A stretch of 64,000 nt of DNA from Felis catus (GCF_018350175.1 NC_058368.1:138138001-138202000); one strand, 5' to 3'. Positions 25,571-38,921 are shown, counted from the first letter of the stretch. The notes: a model not told the origin generated them from the sequence alone. Made by a program: numbers and translations.

Positions 25571-26198
25571 GAAATAGATGTCCTATATTTTATTAAATAC
25601 ACATATACTGTTGTCTTTGTGTATTGCATGCTTTAGTTTAATGGCTGGATGACGCTGTTTTCAAGAGTTTCTGCTTCCTGATAACTTCTGATTACAGGTT
25701 GGTTTACATTTGATCATGCATAAGATGCAGTGCACTAATCTAGGTAAAGGGGTATGATTTTTGTAAACAGAATCATAAGGCCATTAGCCACAGAGAGGAT
25801 CTCCATTTCTTTCTTTCCAACAGGGTTAAAGTAAAGCTCTCAGGGGGAAATTAAACATGTTTCTTACTCCTTAAGACCTTGGATGAGGTAAGTCACTATC
25901 CTAGTTCAGGGTTGAGCCACGTCTGACTCCTGTGTGCTGTACTTAGCTGTATGGTAGCTGATTGATATGTATGAAGGGGTGGGTGGGGGGGGGGGAAGTA
26001 GGAGTTATCTGTTCCCCTCGCCATTATCTCCAAGGACCTAGCAAATGGCTTGGAACATATCAAATGTTCAAGAAGTATTTGTTGTATGACTGAAGGTTGT
26101 ATTTTGGGACCTTCAAAAGAAAGTCACATCCTAGATACCACTAATGTAATTCATACATGTATGTGAAAAAATGTACATGTTTTATGGCTAAGGAACTT

Positions 26199-26326
26199 TA
26201 TATGTGTATATGTGTATGCATGTGTACATAAACATGTATATACATGAGTACGTTCCTGTACATTCACACATACACGTGAATTTACATATACATGTATATA
26301 CATATATATTCATTTGTGTATATATG
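26199..26326. repeat. Alternating purine-pyrimidine (TA/TG/CA) low-complexity tract
   Basis: Seen directly; bounded by a 21-bp direct repeat. Confidence 0.85.
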
Positions 26327-27049
26327 TGTTTTCTGGCTAAGGAACTTCATTTTCTTAAGCCTCCTGGCTTTTTATATAAAGTCTAATATTGGAGGGTATT
26401 TTACTTCTTAGAAGGCAGATTCATTTTGGCAAAGGCATAAACTTTTCATAATTTCTCACCAGTCACTACACTCATGCACAAGTAAAGTGCCCCAAAGCCT
26501 CCAGGAGCAGTGATGCTGGTCAGAACCAGGGCTCCTTCCCTGCCCAGGGCCTCCCTCAGTATAGCAGCCTGGAGCCTGCAGTGGTTTAACTTGTGGTCCT
26601 GCAAGTGACAAATTGTTGAAGGTTAGGTTAATTGCACATGAATCACTTAAACTGTAAGAGCCTTCAAAATGGGATTCATGTTACCGCATGCTATATTTTC
26701 ATCCAAACATTTAGGGGTGAATTAAGATTTCCTAACCTTTCATCTGTGGATTGGCAATAGTACATGCATACAATTTTCTGTGTTGGGGGTATATATATAC
26801 TCAGTCATTTTGCTGATGTACATAGTAAAATAAGTTGGGAAAACACTAGGCTAATCCCCAAGTTGGCAAGGGTTCCCTTACAGCCATTTTTATTGCTATT
26901 TGGAAATGTATTCACATTCTCTAAGCTTCCCTTGGCCATGATCTTTGGTTTATCTGTATCTTTATAGTAGACAGAGTTATGTCACCAAGAGGTTCTCTCC
27001 TTTGCATGGTGAGATATAGATGGGAAAACAATTCTAGGGTCATAAAGAA

Positions 27050-27240
27050 TCTATGTTTCGGAGCTGGGTTCAAATCCTGAGCCTGTTGCTTCCTGGCTAT
27101 GAGAAATTCTGGGCAGGTTACTTCAGTTCTAATGTCATAGAGTTTTAGTTTCTAAAATGAAGCATTATAGTACCCACCTCATTGGCTTGTTACAACGATT
27201 AAATTAGATAATATATAGTGAATCTTGTATAACAGCGTCT
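27050..27240 (+). mobile_element. MIR remnant (approximate)
   Basis: ctgggttcaaatcctg...gggcaggttactt...taaaatgaag...attaaattagataat. Confidence 0.7.
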
Positions 27241-27544
27241 GAACATATTACATTCTCGGTAGAATATGACTTTCATGTGTGAATGTGAATGGATTTCCAT
27301 ATGTAGAATATATTGTTTGTACATATGTAGGATGCAGATTATACTTGGTCTGGACAAATGAGGCTACAGACAAAGGATAAAATACAAGTATTGTAAACAT
27401 TTCCTTGACAATTTCTGGGAACTTTTCTTGACTTTCTCTTGGAATAGTTGACACTGCTTGAGGTAACATTGCCTGCAGCTTAGACTTCTAATGGAACTTC
27501 TCTATAGCATCACTGTTCAGGGATGGGGTTAACAACCCTTTTTC

Positions 27545-29230
27545 TTTTGGCTCATCTGAGTGGATGAATTCTCCTACCCTGTCTTCAAGTTCAAGTTCAC
27601 TGATGCCTTCTTCCCTTTGATCTTGTCTGTTGCTGAATGCCTATTAAATCTTCTGTTGTCTTCTTTTTTTCTGTTTTTTTTTTTTTTATAGTAGGCTCCA
27701 CATCCAGCATGGAGCCCAATGCAGGGGTTGAACTCACAACCCTGAGATCAAGACCTGAGTCAAGATCAAGAGTCAAATGCTTAATAAACTGAGCCACTCA
27801 GGTGCCCCTGCTGTTGAATCTTTTTATTGAATTTTCATTTCATTTGTTGTATTCTTGAGCTCTAGGATTTCTGGTTGGTACTGGTTTGTATTGTTGTTGT
27901 TGCTGTTGTTGAAATTAACACAATGTTCACATATTGCTCTCCTGACCTGGGAGAGCATCATTTTGACCATTATTTTGAACTCTCTATTGGATAAATCGCT
28001 TCATTCCATTAAGGTTGGTTTCTGGGAATTTATCTTGTGTGGTTTGGAACCTATTCTCCTGTTTCTTCATTTTCTTTGACTCTCTTAGATGAAACAGACA
28101 CCTCTCCCAGCCTTGACAGACCAGTCTCCTGTAGATGAAGTTCGTTAATCAGTCTAGCCCAAGTTCCTGGTTGCCTCTCAAACATGAGTGATTTCCCAGG
28201 ATGTTATCTTTGTTCTTAGCGGCTCCCGGTAGTTGAGGTAGTGCTTAGGCCCATCAGTATCCTGAAAGGGAGGATTTCAGTCACCACCTAGATGCTGGCT
28301 GATTAGAAACCTGATGCTTAGGCCTAAGCTTGGAGAATATGCAGTCAAATGCCTTTCAGGGAAAGAATGGCAGGTGGGCATTTTTTGTTGGCTTCTCTGA
28401 GCTGAACCCTGGGGGGATGGTTGCATCTAGTCCTTCTGTGTGCACCCATTAATAACGAATTTTTTATCCAGTGCAGTCCTCTGGGAGTCATGAATGCAAG
28501 GCACATTGGCTCTGAAAACTAGGCAATCTGGAGAGCTGTCCCTTGGGTGGCAGCTGTAAAACCTGGGGTGCCAGATGTGTGTACAAGTTGCTTCCAGAGA
28601 GATGCTGGCGCCCTGGCTTTAATTTTCAAATGAACCCAAGCCAGATCATGGGGGGAATTGCCCATTGGCTCCCTTGGGGTCCAGGGAGGATCACAGTCAG
28701 CTCCTAGATGCATGCTAATTGGAAAGTGGACCCTTTTGCAGCAGTTTATAAAGTATGCACTCAAATCCCTTCCAGGCAAAGACTGGGAGCTGTGTCTTTA
28801 TGCCTGCTTCCTCTATGCTGAGCCCCGAGGGCATAGTTGTGCTGAGTGCTCGTCTGTTAAGAACTGTGTCTTTGTTTGCTGCAGTCCTGTAGGACTCACG
28901 GATGCAAACCACATTGGCTTTCACAGCCAGGTGAAAGCTTTAAAAGTTGGGGTGCTAGATGTGACCCAGACCTTCCATTCCTTAGGAGAAGCTGGGAGTT
29001 GGGGTTCCCTCTTGATTGTATTGTGTTTTGCCAAGGCTAGAATTCATGATGAGTGTGTCTTAGCCTTTTGTACCTGTTCCGATGTGGGTGTTTTCTCATG
29101 CTCCCTGTGCATGGGAGTCATTCACTTAGTTCTTGGATTTCTCTCAAGGAATTACTGTGTGTGTAGCTTTACACTGGGTCCTTCCATGGGTGGAGGTGTG
29201 TGTCCTGTGTCAACAACTTGGTCCCTCGTT
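27545..29230 (-). mobile_element. Old L1 5' region remnant, interrupted by a short SINE (approximate)
   Basis: ctgtcttcaagttcactgat...ttcttgagctctaggatttctggttggt...ttttgaactctctattgg resembles antisense L1 ORF1/5'UTR. Confidence 0.65.
27662..27808 (-). mobile_element. Short Can-SINE (older subfamily)
   Basis: gtaggctccacatccagcatggagcccaatgcaggggttgaactcacaaccctgagatcaagacctgag. Confidence 0.88.
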
Positions 29231-29516
29231 TTCAATTTAGCAGAGGTTTAATCTGAGCAGTTTAAATCTTTTACGTGCTCAATACATCTTTTCCTAAGGT
29301 ATCTATTTGATTAGTGTTGTTTGTCTTCAAGGTAGAAAAATAATAAACTAAGGAGCTGTGGCATAAGGCCTACTGAAGTTTATTGTGCGTTAAGTGATAG
29401 TGGTGGCATCATTAGTTGGAAACAACTTTTTTTTCCTAGTAATTATTTCTCCTACCACTTGCCCAGAAACAATGTAAAGCTTCACCACTGGCACTTAAAA
29501 ATTCTTTGGGTTTATT

Positions 29517-29747
29517 TTTTATTTATTTATTTATTTTTTTTCAACGTTTATTTATTTTTGGGACAGAGAGAGACAGAGCATGAACGGGGGAGGGGCAGAG
29601 AGAGAGGGAGACACAGAATCGGAAACAGGCTCCAGGCTCTGAGCCATCATCAGCCCAGAGCCCGACGCGGGGCTCAAACTCCCGGACCGCGAGATCGTGA
29701 CCTGGCTGAAGTCGGACGCTTAACCGACTGCGCCACCCAGGCGCCCC
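29517..29747 (-). mobile_element. Young felid Can-SINE, TSD ctttgggtttattt
   Basis: CpG-intact body and TSD. Confidence 0.96.
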
Positions 29748-30726
29748 ACTTTGGGTTTATTTATTTATGTTTTTTTGCCGGATAAATGGATGTGCTGAAT
29801 GAGAATTTATGTCTATAATGACTTCGTTTTGGAAGAATCGGATGGAAACCTTACTGGGAAGGATTACTGTATTTCTTTGCTTTTTGCACTTTGTAATCCC
29901 TCACTTTCTTGCCTTTTTAATCACTGAGTGTTATCTTGAAGGCCTCAGATCCTGGAGGAGGGCCAGTCTGAGCAGAGACTTTTCTTGGCCCTGCTTCTTA
30001 CCCATCGGTACTCACAGTGCAACTTTGTCACATGTTCTAAGGAAGGAAATGTCCCTCGTTTTATTTAATTTTGTGTCATAAATAAAATTGAATTTCTATT
30101 TCATGAAATTAAACCTATTTCTTCCTGTGAAATAGCTTTCATGCTAAAACCTTTTGCAGGATCTCAGGACCCTCTATTTGCAGTAAAACTTGGAGTATAG
30201 TCCTATATATTCAATAAGATGCTACAGTTGATCTTTTTTGTTTGTTTTGGGTATTTTGCTTGGTGGGTTTTTGTTGTTTTGTTTTGTTCTTTTTATTGGA
30301 CAGAGAGCTTTTCTCAGTGATTGGCGTAATTTTGACAATTAGATTAACTGGGATAAAACCCTTGGTTTCTTTCTCTTGGTGCTCAGATAACTTGTGAGTT
30401 AGTCTTCCCTTCCTGCTCAACTGTATCATTTACTTCAGTTGTGTTCCCAGAAGCCTGACATGGCTGGAAAGCACCAACCTTGCCATCTCTAGTGAGAAGG
30501 CTACCATTTGAGTAAAGAGCCCAAAGGGACTAGAAATACTATCTTGGAAGACTGATGGCATTGCCTTTAGGAGTATAATAGCTCCTATCCCAACCTATGG
30601 AATAAGTAGATGTTTTCTTGCTTAAGCTTTTTGATATAAGAAAAATAAGCCCACTCATGTTAAAAACAAACTCATGTCAAGATTCTCTCTCTCAGCACAT
30701 ATTTACATTTATAAACCAATATGTAT

Positions 30727-30840
30727 GGGGCGCCTGGCTAGCTCAGTGTGGAGTGTGCGACTCTTGACCTCAAGGTTATGAGTTTGAGCCCCACATTGGG
30801 TGTGGAGATCGCTTAAAAGTAAAATCTTAAAAAAAAAAAA
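30727..30840 (+). mobile_element. Short tRNA-derived old Can-SINE
   Basis: ggggcgcctggctagctcag...gagccccacattgggtgtggagat...A-tail. Confidence 0.85.
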
Positions 30841-31049
30841 TAGATATACCAATATATAGCAACAATTTCCAGATTCAAGACCTTTTTTGCCAAAGTAAAT
30901 TATTAGGAAAAGCGAATTTGGACTTTTCTGTAGTTCTCTAGGTAAAATAATTCATATGTTCAAAGGTTTCATGATAGGTACAAATTTTTAGTTACGGGAA
31001 AGATGGAACTCTTTATTATTCCAATTATGAAAACATAAAATCTTTTTTT

Positions 31050-31230
31050 CCAGTTTCATTGAGACAGAGTTGACCTATAACACTGTGTAAGTTTAAGGTG
31101 TACCATGTGATTTGATTCATGTATGTATTACAAAATGATTACAGCTATAGCATTATGTAACAACTACATCCTGTTACATCATTACCATTTCCTTTTTGTG
31201 GTGGGAACATCTGAGAAAAGTGATACCTTG
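31050..31230 (-). mobile_element. Old L1 3' end remnant
   Basis: attgaga...cactgtgtaagtttaaggtgtac...tttgtggtgggaaca. Confidence 0.7.
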
Positions 31231-31987
31231 AATCGAATCTGCAGGGCATACATTGTATAATTTTTGAATAAAAAAGGAAAATTCTGTCTGTTACGTTCTA
31301 TCAAGTTTAAAGAGTCAAACTTTATTCTTGCCTTTATAGTTGATGACATGAAGAAAGTTCTAGGGAAAGCCAATTGAGTTTTTGAAACTTTTCTGCAGGG
31401 GTGTCTTGGATCTAAACACAACTGCTCTGTTCAGGGAACCAGCTTGTCTTTCTGGAGCCGTCCCCCCAAAAGTAATGGGTGGAACTGGTAATACCCACTG
31501 AAAGCAGCTTAGATAATTTATTAATTTAATTATCGATTTCGAAGATGAGAATCTTTGAGAATCCAGTAATTAAAGGAATGTGCTGGTTGCAGAGTACATG
31601 TTGTAAGGGTAAGTCTAAGTACCAGTGGTCTGTGCAAAAACCAGTCACATTGTGGTTAATCTTGACTTACAGGAAAAGTAAGTCAGGGACCATAAGTTTA
31701 ATGGAGTGGTCGTGCTCTTACGAAGAAGGATGGTTAGCGTGGTGCTCTGTTTTGTTAATAGGATCTTTGTAAATTAGTTGGAGAATCTTTGTTTTTCTAC
31801 ACTTGACAACTAAGGAGGGAAAAAGGAAAAGAAACGCAGAAGGCCCAAAGAACTTTGGAAGGAAGTTTACAAAAGTGTGGGTCATTCAGCAATGGTTAAA
31901 ACGTGTCTTGATTGTTTAGTGTACTTTAAGGGGTTTAAAGAGCAGTTTTATTTTAGGAAAAGCCATTAATTGAGAAATAAAGTTTCT

Positions 31988-32208
31988 TTTTTATGATTAA
32001 AAAATTTTTTTTAACGTTTATTTTTGAGAGACAGAGACAGAGTGTGAGCGGGTGAGGGGCAGAGAGAGAGGGAGACACAGAATCTGAAGCAGGTTCCAGG
32101 CTCTGAGCTGTCAGCACAGAGCCTGATGCGGGGCTCTAAGTCACAGACTATGAGATCATGACCTGAGTGAAGTCGGACGCTTAACCAACTGAGGCACCCA
32201 GGTGCCCC
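31988..32208 (-). mobile_element. Can-SINE
   Basis: Body; degenerate TSD gagaa(a/t)taaag(t/g)ttctt. Confidence 0.94.
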
Positions 32209-33031
32209 GAGAATTAAAGGTTCTTAACTAAAGACTCAGTGGAAAGTGTCACTTTTCTGTGACATCTACATCATGCTTGAAGCCACACACCCAGAATCCT
32301 CACCTTTCTAGGCAAGAGCAGAGGGAAACGTGTGGGCCAGCGATGTTTGACAAAGGAAACTATCTGTTGACCTTTCTTTGAATAGAGGAAAGAGAACTGT
32401 AACGAGTAAGAAGCAAGATTTGTTTAACACTTGAAATAGAGCTTGGCTGGCGTTTTTATCTTTGAGTACAATTTGCTGGCTGTAGAAATAGAAAAAAATA
32501 GAGCAAGGCTCAGGAGCATCGCCCTGTTGGTTGGCCTTGACTTGTGTTCTAGGTCTTAGTAGCCAGGAGATGGCATAATGAACTTGAAGACTGACTTAGT
32601 GTCCCACAGACTGTGATAGGTCAGCTTTGCTTTTGAGCCCCGAAGCTTTGCACTGGATGGCAAATTTTAAATAACATCAGCTGGTGTCCTACCAGTGGAT
32701 AGGAAACCCATAAAGGACAGATTTCTTACAAAATACAGGTTTTCAGTTTAAACAAGATTGAGGAGTATGGAAATTAATGCATGACAGGTATCCACTAACT
32801 CTGAGGTTTTAATTGTTTTTCTTGGAAATCTTGACATTTTTCAAGCAGTTACATATACACTCAATATTACTTTCTAGCCTTGTGTTACTTCTGATAGTAT
32901 CTCATGGAACAAACATCTCCGCACTTCCTTTTCTGACATTTTAAGCTGAAATTCGATTCCTCCAGTTGCTAAGGTAACCTACTGCATGAATGCTAGTGGT
33001 GGAGAGAATGTTTTTTAGAATAGGTTCCATG

Positions 33032-33162
33032 ATAAGGGGGGTGGGAGGGAGGGGAGGGGAGGTGATGGGTATTGAAGAGGGCATATTTTGGGATGAGCAC
33101 TGGGTGTTGTATGGAAACCAATTTGACAATAAATTTCATAAAAAAAAGAGTTGGAAAAAAAT
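33032..33162 (+). mobile_element. Severely 5'-truncated young felid L1 3' end
   Basis: G-rich 3'UTR, gatgagcactgggtgttgtatggaaaccaatttgacaataaa, A-tail; perfect TSD agaataggttccatg at 33017-33031 and 33163-33177. Confidence 0.92.
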
Positions 33163-33249
33163 AGAATAGGTTCCATGTTAAATGGGTAAAAGTGTTGCAC
33201 ATTACTTAGGCTTGTATACAACTATGCATCATTTGTGACATTATCAGTC

Positions 33250-33360
33250 TTTATTTTTAAGATTTTGTTTTTAAGTAATGTCTACACCCAATGTAGGGCT
33301 TGAACTCACAACCCTGAGATCAAGGGTTGCGTGCTCTGCTGGCTGAGCCAGCCAGGCCTC
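33250..33360 (-). mobile_element. Short old Can-SINE
   Basis: tctacacccaatgtagggcttgaactcacaaccctgagatcaag...gagccagccagg. Confidence 0.85.
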
Positions 33361-34450
33361 CTGAAGTTTTAAATCTTTAAGAATGTTTTCTATGTCTTCC
33401 ACCTACCCACCCCCCCCCCCCCCACCCCCACCCCCCCCCCCGCTTTTTAAGCCTTTTATTGTTAAGGGATGGGTTTTCTGGCAGTTAAGAATTTAATACG
33501 GAATTGAACTCTCAAGGAAAAGGAACCCCTCATCAAGTAATTTGAATTTATTTTTCAGTTAAAGCCTTATTAAGCACATTGTCTGTTTAAGGTACTATAT
33601 TTTAAAGATGAGAAGGCAGCTGAGAGATTTCCTTAAATAATAAGCTTCCTACTTTTACCTGGCGTTAATGGCCCTTAGACTGGAATTGAGAATTATCTAT
33701 TAGCTCTCACATAAGAGATAGAACAGAGGGTCGTATTCAGGTTGCTTTCTCCCTCTCTCATAGTTTTCAAGGGAAAACAATGTAAGTGGAAGCTCCTGCT
33801 TTTTCAAACGCCCTGCCCTAATGTGCTTCCTAAAGGATTTAGGACAACGGAAGGTTTTGGGATTTACCTCTGGGTGGCCATGTCCCATCCCTGCTTCTCT
33901 CATCTGGAAACCCTTCAAACAGCAGGATTCTTATGACTGTTTTGATTGCACTCAGGGGACTAACACTGAATTTGCAAATGACGGTATCCAAGGATTCTGC
34001 TAATACTCCAGGAAAAAAAAATAAAAATTTTGCTTTTTCCCCTAGATTTCTTGAAGAGGATTTGAATGTTAGCAGCTGTCCTTGTGTTACTTTATTTTAA
34101 AAAATAAATAATTAGCTTTAAAACTACCAAGGCTTGCAGATTAAAGTCTGATGGTTGAACAGGTAGGTGGGACAGACTTGGAAAGGAGGTGGGCAGTGAG
34201 GCAGAAGTGAGGAGATGTTCTTAGGGAAATAACCAACCTGTGTCCTTTGGCAGTGACCTGCTGTATGTGGTCCCAGTGAACTGTGAAGGGCCTTGCCTTG
34301 ACTCTTTAAATGTGGGCCTTTATGTGATCATGAGGCTATATAGGTAGAACCCCCCCCCCCAATCTTGTGTAATCCTGCCCTGGGTTCTAGTTCATAATGA
34401 TACTCAAATACTTGCTTTCTCTGCCCTACCTTTGTAGCAGTAGAAACTTT

Positions 34451-34682
34451 TTTTTTTTATTAAAAAAAATTTTTTTTTTAACGTTTATTTATTTTTGAGA
34501 CAGAGAGAGACAGAGCGTGAACGGGGGAGGGGCAGAGAGAAAGGGAGATACAGAATCGGAAGCAGGCTCCAGGCTCTGAGCCATCAGCCCAGAGCCCAAC
34601 GCGGGGCTTGAACTCATGGACTGCGAGATCGTGACCTGAGCTGAAGTTGGACGCTTAACCGACTGAGCCACCCAGGCACCCC
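34451..34682 (-). mobile_element. Can-SINE with 18-bp TSD tgtagcagtagaaacttt
   Basis: Body plus perfect TSD. Confidence 0.96.
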
Positions 34683-34726
34683 TGTAGCAGTAGAAACTTT
34701 AATTTGCAGACCTGTCATGAGACAGT

Positions 34727-34727
<1 letters not shown>

Positions 34728-34758
<31 letters not shown>

Positions 34759-34773
34759 TGTCTGTCTGTCTGT
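34728..34773. repeat. Compound (GT)n(CTGT)n microsatellite
   Basis: Seen directly. Confidence 0.93.
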
Positions 34774-34964
34774 GTTGACCTATCTGACCAACATGTGCAC
34801 AGTGGGGTATGAGCCTGCATCCTTAGGAGTGGTGTGGCTTAGTTCTCTATGCTTGGTTTCCTGACTCTTGCTTTGTTGACTTAAGTTCTATCTTCACTGC
34901 CCTTCTTGTTTTTGCCATCTTTTACATAATCCTTTCTTTGCCTTTAAGAATTTGAGTTTTGGGG

Positions 34965-35150
34965 GTGGAAAAGCCTGGGTTCAGATTCCCGGTGCTCCAT
35001 TTAGTATCTGAATGGGCTTGGACAATTAGTTGATGGTGTCATATCTCAGTTTCTGCTCCTCTTCAATGGGGATAATAATAGGCCTTACCTTGTGCAATGG
35101 CTGTCAGGATCAAATAAGACAACGTATGTAAGTCACATAATAAATGTTAG
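34965..35150 (+). mobile_element. MIR remnant (approximate)
   Basis: cctgggttcagattcc...ctcagtttc...aatggggataataata...aggatcaaataaga. Confidence 0.7.
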
Positions 35151-37773
35151 GGGGAAACGAGGGATGTAACGTTCTTACGGTCACCGGCAACTGACAAGCA
35201 TGAAATAAAAAGGGTGGTTGTGCTGGTCCGTTTCTTTGCTTTCATTTGTATGTCAACAGCTGCTCATGTGGACTTCTTGTGATCTCTTTCAACCTCCTCA
35301 CCCTCATCCCAGGCACGGAGCACCTTAAACACTGGTTTCTTACTCGGTTTATTCCATCTAGCTTCCTCTTCTAGGCTCACCAGAATATCCCTAGCTGAGC
35401 ATGCCCCTCGTGCTGAAAGATGGGATGAGGTCTCCCCACTGGTGGGGTAACTCACAACCATTGAGTTAAATATTTCTCAGTCTAGCCCTTTGTACAGAAT
35501 TCTGGCTTCCAGTGCGTGGGAGGGCAGTGAGTGGACCCTGCCCAGCTGTAGACCACAGCTGGCCTGGTTGTGCTTCAACTCGGACTCCCAGTGCAGATTT
35601 CAAAAGGCCATTGCCAAGATTTGATGAGTCTACAGTTTTTCTGCTTGTCAATAATACAGTTAGATGGTAATGTATTTTCATTTATCTCCCAAACAGAACA
35701 GCGTGCTTCGAGGGTCCCTTGGAGGGGGGCCTGGCAATTCCACAGGCTCCCCTGTGGTGCGAGGGGAAAGAACGCTCAGTGCCATAGTAGGCTGTCAGCA
35801 AATGCAAAGAAGTGAATACATGGAGAACACGAATAAGGGCTTGGAGAAATATTAATAGATGATGAAAAAAAAATCTAGTGCACAGTCTGGAAGGGGGGTA
35901 TGACCTAATTGTCGCTTATGGCACCTAAGAACCGCCTGCTGCCCAAGGCATGGGGCTCTAGCACATTTGTCTTAATGGCTCATCTGGTGTCCTACATTGA
36001 TGCAGTTACAGCGCCCTCCTAAGCAGACGGCTGGTTCTCTTAATTGATGCTTTTAAATTATAACCAGAGGAAAACTGTTTTGCAGTATATCATGTCTCTC
36101 TTTAGTGACAGTTGTACTTTTTCTATGAAAAAGATGAGATAAGTGTGTACTACTGGTAAGTTCCCCCCAGTACTGGCTTTCAGAGTTCGTGAGAATCCTG
36201 CCTCATGTGTTATTCTCATTACGTCACCCTGACAATCCTGGGTAGCAGGCTGGGAAGGTAACACTTTGCTTCTCCGGATCAAGCAACTTAAACTTGAAAA
36301 TTTAAGTGGCCTTTCCAGAGCCGCATCTCTCTCAGTGTTGAAATCCAGATTGTTCAGTTCTTTTGTCTGTCCACCTTTGTGCTATATACCGTTGTGTCTG
36401 GATTCTGAACACGGAATATTGACGCCCACCTTGTATCATTCAGTTTGGATATGTCCCCCAGATAGCGAAGGCCAGAAATTGGTGCCCATCGTTGAGTCCT
36501 GATAAGGACTTTGTAGTGTTTCAGTGTGTTAGTCCTAGTTCCATAAGGTAAAATAAAGTGGAACCAACCTTTAAGAGCTGCAGACTCCATAAAGTGCCTT
36601 CCAGCATTGTGTATCGCAATGTGAATTTTATGGAATGATACTGTGTGATTGATGTGTTCCCAGATCTGCGGTCAGCGGTTGTAACTGGGGTGTCTCCTGT
36701 ATGTCCGATGCAGAAAGTTAAATTTCAGGAAGCTAAAACCCACCCTTATGGTTGTTACTCTCCTCCTGCCTTGGGCTTTATGACCCAGCCATGCCTGCCA
36801 TGTTGGTACTGTGCTCTTTCTTATCTTTCCTATGAGCCTGCGTATACTTGCCGTTCCTGTCCTAGACCCAACAATCTCTGATCTTATGTGTGGAAGGCTG
36901 ATTTTTACTTGACACACCCAAGTCCTGATGAGACCACTTAAATGAAAGCTACCATAATACATGATTTCTCCTCCCATTTTGTTGAGAGTCTGGGCAGTGG
37001 GGGGGTGGGGGAGGGGGGAAGGAGATTGTGTCATGTCACATATTCTCACCTGTGCTACATAGAATTTTTGGCAATACTTTTTTTCATTCTCTTTACTTTC
37101 TGTTCATCATTTTGGCATTGTATAAACACCTGTAAAATTTCAAATCGTGATACATGATAGAGGTTGATTATCCTGCAGAGTAGTTTCCTTATTGGTCCAA
37201 TAGTTTCCTTATTTCTATTCATACTCTTTCTGTCTAAGCCTAGACCTGTAGCTCATCATACAGTGACTTCAAGGGCCAGATATTTATTCTGAACAGAAGT
37301 GGGTTGACATCATGCTGTTGGAAGACAAGGGACCTGCCCATCTTTGCAGCCACCGGGTCCGGCATCTAGTACTAGGTTCATTCAATGTTTGTTTACTGAG
37401 TGGTTTAAATGCAAAAATTGAGGCCTCCATCAGTATATATGTGGTTTTGGAAATGAGAGGACAACTTATTTTAATGATTGGGTTATATGTGAATTAAAAA
37501 ATGTCTCTTGTTATTCATAAACTTAAAGTGTTGAAGACATTTCAATGACTCCACTCACAAGTTACAGAGTATTATTAAGTCCTACAGTGTAGAAGTATTT
37601 CTGAATTAAATTGTATTTAAAAATATTTGCTTCTAGATTATTGTCTCTATCACACTTATTTTTAATATCTTGTTTACAGCATTTAAAGATATATCTTGGT
37701 TTGGCAGCAAACATAGAATAAAAATACCTTGCATCATTTACAAACTTCTTTTTGTTATTGGTGACATGTTTTA

Positions 37774-38014
37774 TTTTATATTATTTATTTTTTTTTTATA
37801 AATTTTTTTTTCCAACGTTTATTTATTTTGGGACAGAGAGAGACAGAGCATGAACGGGGGAGGGGCAGAAAGAGAGGGAGACACAGAATCGGAAACTGGC
37901 TCCAGGCTCTGAGCCATCAGCCCAGAGCCTGACGCGGGGCTTGAACTCCCGGACCGCGAGATCGTGACCTGGCTGAAGTCGGACGCTTAACCGACTGCGC
38001 CACCCAGGCGCCCC
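37774..38014 (-). mobile_element. Young felid Can-SINE, TSD ttggtgacatgtttta
   Basis: CpG-intact body and 16-bp TSD. Confidence 0.97.
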
Positions 38015-38037
38015 TTGGTGACATGTTTTAGATAATC

Positions 38038-38380
38038 TTTTTAAAATTTATTTTTTATTCTCATTAACATGCGGTGTAGCCTTGACTTTAGGAGTACAAC
38101 CCACTGATTCATCTCATATTTGACACCCAGCGTTCATCCTGAAAAGTGCCCTCCTTAATAAAAGTGCCCTCCTTAATGCCTGTCACCCATTTAGCCACCC
38201 CACCCTCCTCTATCAGCCCTCAGTTCTCTGTATTTAAGAGTCTCTTAGGGTTTGCCTCCCTCTGTTTTTATCTTCTTTTTCCTTCCCTTCTCCTGTTTTC
38301 ATCAGTAGAGTTTCTCAGATTCCACATATGAGTGAAGTCCTATGATATCTGTCTTTCTCTGACTTATTTTGCTTTAGCTA
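38038..38380 (-). mobile_element. L1 3' end fragment, carnivore type
   Basis: acacccagcgttcatc...agattccacatatgagtgaa...tctttctctgacttattt; internal 18-bp tandem duplication at 38142-38177. Confidence 0.88.
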
Positions 38381-38837
38381 ATAGATCTTAAGAGATGACT
38401 GGGAAGACCGTGGTATAAAAAGAAAGCAGAGCTTGGCATTTTGTTAACCACTTACTTATTGAAAATAGCAGATCTTAACCCTGACGTTGCAAGAATCGCT
38501 TGGGAATCTTTAGGAAAAAGCTAATGCTTGGGTGCCACCACCAGAAATTCTGTTTTAATTGTCCCGGGGAGAGGCTTAAACACAGCTCTCTGCACGTGGG
38601 GGGAGAGACATATGGGCGCCATTAGATCCCAGAAGAAGCAAAGTCTCACTCACGGTCCCCTATTTCTCCCAGAGAGATAACACTGACTTGTATAGTAGTA
38701 GTTCCTTGCTTTTCCTTGAAGTTCTACTCCCTGTGTATTCCTGAAAAGTATGCCTTAGTTTTCACTTTTTAAAATGTTGTTAATTGAAACATGTTCTGTG
38801 TATTCTTCTGTGACTTTTCCCCAACATTGTATTTCTT

Positions 38838-38921
38838 AGTTTTTTTCTTTCATTTTTTTTTTTTTTTTTTTAACGAGAGAGTGAGAAAGAAGTGAGCACA
38901 CAAAGAGGGAAAGGGGCAGCA

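Noticed and set aside
28658..29251. Longest ORF in the track (197 aa)
   Set aside because: Lies in a decayed L1-like region, has a non-ATG start and Cys/Leu/Val-rich composition, and shows no recognisable homology.
30727..30810. tRNA-like sequence
   Set aside because: It is the tRNA-derived head of an old SINE with an A-tail; no intact cloverleaf.
37181..37213. 13-bp direct repeat tagtttccttatt with a 7-bp spacer
   Set aside because: Ordinary micro-duplication with no further structure.
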